A stretch of DNA of 64,000 nt, taken from contig OX597833.1 of assembly GCA_951406725.2 (NCBI GenBank), positions 18,600,001 through 18,664,000 on the forward strand, given 5' to 3'. The position numbers and the translations under genes are program-made. The notes under the pieces were generated by a model. The model saw nothing but the letters and a program-made list of their open reading frames with translations, ran no database searches and was not told where the DNA came from. The stretch comes from Octopus vulgaris (lineage: Eukaryota). Of the stretch, positions 53,913 to 64,000 are shown in pieces (within the stretch, counting starts at the first letter, position 1; every line of letters begins with the position of its first letter).

Positions 53913-54892
53913 CTAGTGGAATTGGTATGTCAATTACATCGCCCCTAGTACTTCAAACACAACAGCCCTTAGAGATAATGGAAGTTGTGAAAGGAATATA
54001 AGGAGCCCGACTGACAGAAATGAGCCTCTTTGTCCCTTTGGACAGTCAGCTCGCCAGCTCCACACAGCTAGGACTGCTAGCTCTCATTCTGTGTTTCAGC
54101 GACCAACACGTGACGTCGCGATGCCTATCTCACCATCACAAATACACATCTCAAGCTACTGAAGATGAATGGCAAAGTCGACATTGGCGGAATTCGAACA
54201 CAGAACTTAAAGATGGACGAAATGCCTGTTAGAGATGTGCTAATGCTTCTGCCAGCTCGCCCCCCGCTTTACAGCTTACCAATAACAACCAATAATTAGG
54301 AACAATAACAGTTGTAGATTAAACCATTTTTGTCTCCTTTCTCTAAGCCTTTTCTGTGATTCTCTGAAGAAGACATACGCAAAAAAAAACCCAAAAACCT
54401 TGGTGTTACAAAAATAAGTTTTAAAAGAAACGTCTACATATGGGTTAATCGTCAAAGACTGAAAAATAACTAAAATAGGGTAGGGTGCCTTAAGAGTGGG
54501 AAAAAAAAAAGAGAGTAGGAAACTATTTTAATTGCCGTTCAGTCGAAGAGAAAAAAAAAGCTGAAGTGGGATGAAATAAATGGGTGTCAGTGATGTGTAA
54601 CAGGTTAAAAGGCGAGGGTATTAAAAGATTAGGATTAAGATGTTATGTACTTTATTTACCAAGGTCGATGAATCGGCAGAAAACGGTGTTACCGTTGTTG
54701 TTGTTCTTCTTCTTCTTCTTGTTTTTGTTCTTGTTGTTGTTGTTGTTACTGTTGCTCTTGTTGTTTGTCCCACCCGAGTCAGCCCTGACCGAGTAACCCC
54801 TATATTCAAACGCATTCTAACTGTGGCCATCTAGTCTTCATAGGGGTAACTAGGGAGCTGCGTTATCTAAAATATTCTGTGCTTTTTTGTTT

Positions 54893-55250
54893 GTAAGTAG
54901 CTTGCTTACCAACCACATGGTTCTGGGTTCAGTCCCACTGCGTGGTACCTTGGGCAAGTGTCTTCAACTATAGCCTCGGGCCGACCAAAGCCTCGTGAGT
55001 GGATTTGGTAGACGGAAACTGAAAGAAGCCCGTCGTATATATATATATGTGTGTGTATGTGTGTGTTCTTCCCCCCAACATCGCTTGACAACCGATGCTG
55101 GTGTGTTTACGTCCCCGTAACTTAGCGGTTCGGAAAAAGGGACCGATAGAATAAGTACTAGGCTTACAAAGAATAAGTCCTGGGGTCGATTTGCTCGACA
55201 AAAGACGGTGCTCCAGCATGTCCACAGTCAAATGGCCGAAACAAGTAAAA
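54893..55250 (+). mobile_element. SINE family B
   Basis: Colinear with consensus. Confidence 0.88.
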
Positions 55251-55271
55251 GGGTTGTTTAGCTCTGCGTTG

Positions 55272-55515
55272 GCTCAGATCGGACAGACCTATAATCAAAG
55301 GCTTTCTAACCGTGACCATCGCGTCTTTGTTTTTCGTTTATCTTGGGGGTTTTTTCAGCTCAGATCGTACAGACCTGATTAAAGGCTTTCCAGGCGTGAC
55401 CAACACGTCTTTGTATTTTTCTTTATTTTGGTGGGGAAGTTGGCACAGATTGTACAGACTTGATTAAAAGCTTTCCAAGCGTGACCAACACGTCTTTGTT
55501 TTTTTTTTGGGTGGG
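55272..55515. repeat. About 85-bp unit x3 derived from repeat family E
   Basis: CAGAT(C/T)G(G/T)ACAGAC...AAAGGCTTTC...CGTGACCA...CGTCTTTGT occurs three times. Confidence 0.8.
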
Positions 55516-56480
55516 GGTCCAAGTAGCATCACATTATCAGTTATGTTCTAGCGCAGTGATTTCTATGATTTGGTTGCCATTTCTGTCATGTCAAGTCCGA
55601 ATCACGTAGAGATTCCCTCGATTCGGGCTTCTTGCGGGATCGATAACATGAGAGGAACAACTACGAGGACATACGACTTGCTAGAAATAACAGCCAATTT
55701 TCCCTTAAATTACTCTCGGTGTCCGCAACAGAGAGTCCTCTTTTAAAAGGCACCCAGGGTACTACATGATGATGTTAAACCGGGTGACGGATAGTCAGCC
55801 ATTCAAATAGGCCATAGTGGAATTTGAACTCAGAATGCACAGAGCCGGAACAAAAACTGAAACATCCGCTTCAAATTACTTAAATCCGCCGCCTTTACAC
55901 TCACATACATGTATAATGTGTGTGTGTGTGTGTGTGCGCGTGTGTGTGTATGTGTATGTGTGTGTGTATGTGTGTGTGTGTGATTATGAATATGGTATAT
56001 ATATGGGTGTGTGTGTGTGTGTGTGTGTATGTGTGTGATTATGAATATGGTATATATATATGGGTATGTGTGTGTGTGTGTGTATGTGTGTATGTGTGTA
56101 TGTATGTATATAGGACCCAAGGATAAAGGTGTAGGAAGAAGGTTAGTTTCAAGTAACCTATAGTAGATATAAAAAAAACAACTTTCAGAGACGATAGTGG
56201 TTATATTGAGACAGAAGTTTGTGGATTTTTTTTCTTATCAAAATACGATAAATTCAAGAAAGTTCTTTCTATTTAACGGTAGGCAACCAGGGTTGCCGAG
56301 TATGCGAAGTCATATAAATATAATATATATGATATGAATCTATATTTATAAATATTACACATGCACACACACATATTTATATATATATACATATATTTAT
56401 ACATATATATCTGCATAAATATATATATATACAAACACATATATATAAATATATGTATGTATATATATGTATATGCATGC

Positions 56481-56525
<45 letters not shown>

Positions 56526-56528
56526 CAT

Positions 56529-56560
<32 letters not shown>

Positions 56561-56567
56561 TACATAT

Positions 56568-56613
<46 letters not shown>

Positions 56614-56660
56614 TTATTTATTTTTATATATATGTATAAAAATATATATATGTACGCATA

Positions 56661-56743
<83 letters not shown>

Positions 56744-56989
56744 TTGGAATTTACAGAAAAACAAAACACGAACCCAGTTGTACTAATATTTGTACATGTA
56801 TATATACATGTATATACATTTACATATCCGCATATCTTTATTTGTAGTTCATAATCCCGGTAATGTAAGCTCAACAACAAAAAGTCCTCCATCAAGTAAG
56901 AGACGAATATCATTTAATGTACACTGTGTTAAAAGAAGAGCTGGTGATATTTTCTTGCCATTAAAACCCACGGTTAGATAGGACTTTAT

Positions 56990-57320
56990 CGCATGGCTCA
57001 GTGGTTAGAGCGTCGAGCTTACGATCGTGAGGTTGCGAGCTCGAATCCCGGACCGGGCTGCGTGTTGTGTTCTTGAGCAAGACACTTTATTTCACGTTGC
57101 TCCAGTTCACTCAGCTGTAGAAATGAGTTGTGACATCACTGGTGCCAAGCTGTATCGACCTTTGTCTTTCCCTTGGATAACACTGGTGGCGTGGAGAGGC
57201 GAGGCTGGTATGCATGGGCGACTGCTGGTCTTCCATAAACAACCTTGCCCGGACTTGTGTCTAGGAGGGTAACTTTCTAGGTGCAATCCCATGGTCTGTG
57301 TCGTGACCGAAGGAGGTCTC
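56990..57320 (+). mobile_element. tRNA-derived CORE-type SINE with tail type 5
   Basis: A box TGGCTCAGTGG, B-box-like GCTCGAATCCC, core GTGTTCTTGAGCAAGACACTTTATTTCACG, then a tail not shared with other copies here. Confidence 0.8.
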
Positions 57321-57347
57321 CGAATATATATATATATATATATATAT

Positions 57348-57550
57348 AGCTTCTGCACGCTCTTTTTTCTCTCCTTTCTGTGTATCTTTCTGTTGAAGAG
57401 CGTAGGCTCGAAACGTTAAAGACTTGTTTTATTTATATTTCCTGAGCGCCATACTAATACAATTGTTTGTTTGTATCCACCTGCCTTCGTCTTTTGTTTA
57501 TTTCCGTAAACCTGCCTTCGTCTTTTGTCTATTTTCATAAAGCTTCCCGT
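57348..57550 (+). mobile_element. Short (TA)n-embedded Penelope-like element with hammerhead-like motif (57385-57422)
   Basis: TCTTT-CTGTTGA-A-GAG-CGTAGG-CTC-GAAAC-GTT-AAAGA; (TA)n on both sides. Confidence 0.68.
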
Positions 57551-57582
57551 TATATATATACATACATATATATAAACACATT

Positions 57583-57676
<94 letters not shown>

Positions 57677-57693
57677 CATATATATGTATATAT

Positions 57694-57755
<62 letters not shown>

Positions 57756-57778
57756 TTTTATACATATATATATACATA

Positions 57779-57866
<88 letters not shown>

Positions 57867-58080
57867 TATAAGTTCAAGTGGATCAGGTACTTAAATATTA
57901 AAGCACCAAATGCGGATCAGAGAAATAGCAACCGTGTCCAAAATAGAATTAAAGGAACATATACACACACACCAAAGTAGAAACATATTAAAATTCCAGT
58001 TGCATGTACGATCACTAGAGCCCAGCAGAATATGCGAGGCTGTACCTCGGAACCTTTATACATATGTATATATAGATATG

Positions 58081-58384
58081 TGGAGGCGCAATGGCCTAGT
58101 GGTTAGGGCAGCGGACTCGCGGTCGTAGGATCGCGGTTTCGATTCCCAGACCGGGCGTTGTGTGTGTTTATTGAGCGAAAACATCTAAAAGCTCCACGAA
58201 GCTCCGGCAGGGGGGGGTGATCCCTGCTGTACTCTTTCACCACTCTTTCTCCCACTCTTTCTTCTGTTGGCCTGCTCGCTTAGCCAGCGGGGTGGCATCA
58301 TTCGAAGGCTAAAACAATGCGAACGCATTGTGACCAGCGATGTGTAGCAACATCTGATGGTCTGGTCGGTCACGTGATCATGTG
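58081..58384 (+). mobile_element. SINE family C head/body with tail type 3
   Basis: Head nearly identical to 39472; different 3' module GGCCTGCTCGCTTAGCCAGCGG...GGTCACGTGATCA; TSD-like ATATATAGATAT. Confidence 0.85.
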
Positions 58385-58459
58385 ATATATAGATATATAT
58401 ATATCGTTTATATATGTATTTTTGTGTATATATATTTGTTTTTATATATATATATCTAT

Positions 58460-58664
58460 ACTCTCTTTTACTCTTTTACTTGTTTCAGTCATTTGACTGC
58501 GGTCATGCTGGAGCACCGCCTTTAATCGAGCAACTTATTCTTTTTGTAAGCCCAGTACTTATTCTATCAGTCTCTTTTTTTTACCGAACCGCTAAGTAAC
58601 GGCGACGTAAACAAACCAGCATCGGTTGTCAAGCAATGCTAGGACCACAAACAGAGACATACAA

Positions 58665-58697
<33 letters not shown>

Positions 58698-58869
58698 CAT
58701 ATATACGACGGACTTCTTTTCAGTTTCCGTCTACCAAATCCATTCACAAGGCTTTGGTCGGCCCGAGGCTATAGTAGAAGACACTTGCCCAAGGTGCCAC
58801 ACAGTGGGACTAAACCCGGAATCATGTGGTTCGTAGCAATCTACTTACCACACAGCCACTCCTACGCCT
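58460..58869 (-). mobile_element. SINE family B
   Basis: Colinear with consensus. Confidence 0.87.
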
Positions 58870-59403
58870 ATTATAAAATAGTATCATGTACCGAATTGTC
58901 ACTCGTCACGGGTTCTCAATTCATCGCATATATATATATATATATATATGGGGATGTATGTATGTATGCATACAAATGACTTAGCTGGTTGAAATTTCTA
59001 AGTCACTGTCAACAAGATTTTTGTTTAAGAATAATAGATGTGTACTCAACAAAAGTAGACGTTAAGCCAGCAAATTAATGTAACATTCTTTTTACAATAA
59101 CTGAACATAAAATCAAGCATTAATATTTAGATATATATATATATATATATTTGTTTAAATATTTGTTTATATATATATATTTGTTTATATATTTGTTGTG
59201 CAAGAATTTTTATTGGCAAAATGACCATTCCGAAATACAACAATATATATATTATCTTTTATCTTTTCCCTGTTTCAGTTATGTCACTGCGGCCAAGCTG
59301 GAGTAGCGACTTTGGTCGATCAAATCTACCTCAGGTCTTATTCTTTGTACGCCTATATTATGGGGACATAAAACCACCAACATCGGTTGTCAAACAAAGA
59401 CAC

Positions 59404-59440
<37 letters not shown>

Positions 59441-59542
59441 CATGTATGTATGCATGCATGTATGCATGCATGCATGTATGTATGTATGTATGTATGTATG
59501 TATGTATGTATGTATGTATGTATGTATGTATGCATGTATGTA

Positions 59543-59587
<45 letters not shown>

Positions 59588-59955
59588 CTACATGCTTCTT
59601 TCAGTTTCCGTCGACCAAATCCACTCAAGGCTTTGTTCGGCCTGAGGCTATAGTAGAAGACACATGCCCAGGGTGCCACGCAGTGGGACTGAACCCGGAA
59701 ACATATTGCTGGGATGCAAGCTTCTTACCACACAGCCACTCTTTCAGTTTCCGTTACAGTTTTCGTTACCGTTTTCCAAATGCACTTACAAATATTTGGT
59801 AGACCGGAGGCTATATTAGAAAACAGATGCACAAGGTACCATGCAGTGGGACTGAACCCAGAAGTGTGTGGTTGGGAGGCAAGCTTCTTTCGCCATAACC
59901 ACGCATATGAATGACCATATATATATATATATATATATACTTAAATGTGTGTGTA

Positions 59956-60007
<52 letters not shown>

Positions 60008-60578
60008 GGCGGCGTTAACTCGTATCTGAGTAGTAATTGATTTTCTTCGTTTTGATGGTTACGAAGGGTGCCGGGTGCCTTAGGTGGCTGTTAAGGCCAA
60101 GTGTGGTATAGAAGAGCCAGGGGACAAGGGAGAGGGCGGCATTTATCGCAGGGGAAATGTTGGCGGGGAAACAAGGAAGTGCGTTGGTGGAAAGGCGAGA
60201 TAGAGCGTTGGTGGAGAACGAGCAAGTATGTATATGCATTTGTAACGCAATGTAACGCAATGTACGTCCACGCATGCTTATATACAAAGGCGTCAAACTC
60301 ACATGTTTGGAAGGTGCGCTTTCTTTGATATCAAGTTGTCTTTTAACAAGGGAGCAATCACGCCAAAGGTAAGTGGACGTAGAAAGGTGTGTGTGTATAT
60401 ATATACAGGCACATGTGAGTATGAATGCGTGAGGATTAGATGTAGGGGTTGGGTATAAAGCGGTGTTGGGATTCGTAGGAAGTAGTTGTGTAGTTATTAA
60501 CGTAGGGGGCAGGATATATATAATACAGTGTTTAAATATATTTGCGTTTATGGTGGATTCAAAATAGAGCGTGTATAT

Positions 60579-60626
<48 letters not shown>

Positions 60627-60672
60627 TTGTGTTTATACATTTATATGTGAGTGAGTGTGCCTGTGTGTGTGT

Positions 60673-61147
60673 CTTTTACTCTTTTACTCTTTTACTTGTT
60701 TCAGTCATTGGACTGTGGCCATGCTGGAGCACCGCCTTTAGTCGAGCAGATCGACCCCAGGACTTATTCTTTGTAAGTCTAGTACTTATTCTATCGGCGT
60801 CTTTTGCCGAACCGCTAAGTTAGAGGGGCGTAAACATACCACTATCGGTTGTCAAGCGATGTTAGGGGACAAACACAGACACACAAACATATACACACAC
60901 ACGTACATACATACATACATACATACATACATACATACATACATGCATACATACATACATACATACATACATACATACATACATACATACGACGGTCTTC
61001 TTTCAATTTTCGTCTACAAAATCCACTCATAAGGCTTTGGTCGAAACTATAGTAGAAGACATTTTCCCAAGGTGTCACGCAGTGAGACTGAACCCGGAAC
61101 GATGTGGTTGGTAAGCAAGCTACATACCACACAGCCACTCCTAAGCC
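60673..61147 (-). mobile_element. SINE family B with internal (CATA)n
   Basis: Colinear with consensus. Confidence 0.87.
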
Positions 61148-61513
61148 TGAGTAATAAATATATATATGCGTATGTATATATAGCCTTTTATTTTATTCTT
61201 TTGCTTGTTTCAGCCATTTGACTGCGGTCATGCTTGAGCACCACCTTAAGGGATTTTAGTCGTAGACATCGACCCCAGGACTCATTCTTTATAAGCCTAG
61301 TACTTATTCTATCAGTTTCTTTTGCCGAACCGGTAAGCTACGGGGATGTAAACACACCGACTTCGGTTGTCAAGTGAGAGTGGTGGAGGCAAACACGGAC
61401 ACAAAGACAAAAACAGATATCTATTCATACATATATTTACATATATAGCCTTGGATTTGGTAGACGGAAACTGACAAAAGCCCGACGTATATATAAGTAT
61501 ATGTTTGTGTGTC

Positions 61514-61562
<49 letters not shown>

Positions 61563-61568
<6 letters not shown>

Positions 61569-61694
61569 ACAACGCGAGGACGTGGTAAATGCAAAGTATT
61601 AAAAGACGCTCAGGGAAGGAAACAAAAGGTTGTTTTACGTTTCGAGTAAAACTCTTCTTCAGGAACAGGAGACAGAGGAAAGTCCAAGATATAT

Positions 61695-61728
<34 letters not shown>

Positions 61729-61943
61729 TTGATCCAAGCATGAAAACACAAAGAGAAAACACAACAACGCGAGGACGTGGAACAAGTATAGTATTATTGG
61801 ACGCTCAGGAAGGAAGGGAAGAAGGAGGGTTTAACGTTTCGAGCGGAGCTCTTCGTCAGAAACATAGGAAAATGAAAGATCCAAAGAAGGGAAGTCGGAG
61901 GAAAAAAATCGCCAACGGTACACAAGCGGTCACATTTTGAATC

Positions 61944-61945
<2 letters not shown>
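61563..61945 (-). mobile_element. Two tandem related Penelope-like units, each with a hammerhead motif (61631-61667 and 61829-61863)
   Basis: Both contain ACAACAACGCGAGGACGTGG...GACGCTCAGG. Reverse complements: GTTC-CTGAAGA-A-GAGT-TTT-ACTC-GAAAC-GTA-AAAC and GTTT-CTGACGA-A-GAGC-TCC-GCTC-GAAAC-GTT-AAAC. Confidence 0.7.
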
Positions 61946-61995
<50 letters not shown>

Positions 61996-62531
61996 ATATA
62001 TACATACATTTATATGAATTACAAATTTCATATATACATATATGAATCATCGTCATCATTTAACGTCCGTTGCACATGCTGGTGTGGGTTGCATATATAC
62101 ATATATATACATGTATGTACATATATGTGCGTATGGAAGTGTGTATGGACCTATTTATATGGATATATATATAGAGAGAGAGACACACACACAAACACAC
62201 ACATATATGCACCTCTGTGTGTGTGTTGAAGTTTACTGATTGATTGATACAAGCAGTCTGCACTTAGATATAAAAAAATGTTGAACAAGAAAATCTGACA
62301 GGAGGAAATGAAGGCCTGGCCGGACGCATTACACAAATAAATGGTACGGGGCCAGGGTACGTGTTAGCGTGTGGCCTCTGTGTCCCTACCCATATCGTGT
62401 AGTTAACAGCTAATATAAACTAAAAAAAAAAGCCGCGCGGATCTTGATTGAAAAACTCCACTTAAACACACAATAGAAAATAGAAAACACACATACACAC
62501 GTACGCACGTACATATACACACACACACAGG

Positions 62532-62532
<1 letters not shown>

Positions 62533-62610
<78 letters not shown>

Positions 62611-62625
62611 GGATAGATGGATAGG

Positions 62626-62704
<79 letters not shown>

Positions 62705-62710
62705 ATAGAT
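62533..62710. repeat. (GATA)n microsatellite
   Basis: Direct inspection. Confidence 0.96.
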
Positions 62711-62799
62711 ACGAGGGGGTACTGAAAGGAATCGCGAACGAAATCGAATTCTATACCTTACGATCGTATACTGAATACCCTAGTCACTGAGCCACACGC

Positions 62800-63150
62800 C
62801 ATGGTCCCGGTTTCAGTCCCACTGCGTGGCACCATAGGCAAGTGTCTTCTACTATAGCCTCGGGCCGACCAAAGCCTTGTGAGTGGATTTGGTAGACGGA
62901 AACTAAAAGAAGCCCGTCGCATATATGTATGTGTGTGTGCGTGTGTGTGTGTGTGTGTGTGTTTGTCCCCCCACCATCGCTTGACAACCGATGTCGTTGT
63001 GTTTACGTCCCCGTAATTTAGTGGTTCGGCAAAAGAAACATATAGAATAAGTACTAATAGGCTTACAAAGAATAAGTCCTGGGGTCAATTTGTTCGACTA
63101 AAGGCGGTGCTCCAGCATGGCCGCAGTCAAATGACTGAAACAAGTAAAAG
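62800..63150 (+). mobile_element. SINE family B, 5'-truncated
   Basis: Colinear with consensus from CCATGGTCCCGGTTTCAGTCCC. Confidence 0.85.
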
Positions 63151-63519
63151 AAATATATATATATATAAATAGAATTCAACTTGTGTGTCTGTGTATGTAT
63201 CTGTGTGTGTGTCTGTGTGTTTAACTTCTGGGCACATCTCCTAGCCAACAAATCGTAGAACCACCAACAATGGGTCACTTAAAGTTTAGGCGAATGAAAA
63301 TTGAACTGCGCTATTTCTGTTCCGTAATTCATCTCGCAAGTGCAAAAATCGATAATGTGTTTGTTTAGGCCTTATCCCATGCATTGAATAGTGAACTTTA
63401 CTCAGTCAGCTGTTTGACGTGAACTGTGTTCACCACGCGTGCAAGCATGCGTATATTGCATGAAAAATAAAAATAAAAAGCCGGGCAATACTGCTAGTAT
63501 ATATATATATTTATAAGCG

Positions 63520-63753
63520 CTGCTGTATTCTTTCACCCCAACTTTCTCTCGCTCGTTCCTTCTGTTTCTGTTGTACATGTATCTCAAAGGAGCCAGCCTT
63601 GTCACATTCTGTTCCACGCTAAAACTCCCTGAGAACTACGTTAACGGTACACATGTCTGTGGAGTGCTCACCCACTTGCATGTTAATTTCAAGAGCAAGC
63701 TGTTTCGTTGATCGAATCAACTGGAACCCTCGTCGTCGTAACCGACGGAGTGC
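63520..63753 (+). mobile_element. 5'-truncated SINE C with tail type 1
   Basis: Matches 39618-39850. Confidence 0.8.
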
Positions 63754-63769
63754 CACACACACACACACA

Positions 63770-63836
<67 letters not shown>

Positions 63837-63936
63837 GCAAGGAAAATTGTAAAAAGGCAGAATGCTAAATTGAAAGAAAATTTTAATGAAAATGGGTGTA
63901 TGGAAAAAGTTTTTGAAAAATTGTAATACATATAAA

Positions 63937-63997
<61 letters not shown>

Positions 63998-64000
63998 GCT

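Noticed and set aside
56848-56895. 48-nt plus-strand phase-1 mini-exon VHNPGNVSSTTKSPPS
   Set aside because: Splice-like ends only; no homology and no partner exons identified.
60015-60584. 189-aa minus-strand ORF in semi-unique DNA
   Set aside because: No recognisable domain or splice structure, and it begins in microsatellite.

Overview
Eukaryotic, AT-rich, repeat-saturated DNA. The SINE families and dense (TA)n/(CA)n/(GATA)n microsatellites look like an Octopus (coleoid cephalopod) genome; this is an inference. Nearly all ORFs in the supplied track are microsatellite or SINE artefacts. The only well-supported protein-coding sequence is two minus-strand exons (17186-17288 and 10421-10564) missing from the ORF track. 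They splice in frame to the C-terminal half of a WIF domain of the WIF1/shifted type. I could not find the upstream WIF exons or the EGF-repeat exons; a candidate EGF-less terminal exon lies at 2321-2361. The rest appears intronic or intergenic: several tRNA-derived SINE families with interchangeable head/core/tail modules, RTE LINE 3' fragments (one seeding a 25-bp minisatellite), a decayed Tc1/mariner, two Merlin-type MITEs with telomere-like repeats, a Helentron-type element, foldback palindromes, and a 5'-truncated tRNA-Glu(TTC) fused to a SINE. The most notable signal is a set of short, mostly (TA)n-embedded, Penelope-like elements carrying minimal type-I hammerhead ribozyme motifs, including a tandem pair and a recurrent core variant. 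A 100-N assembly gap lies at 32364-32463.
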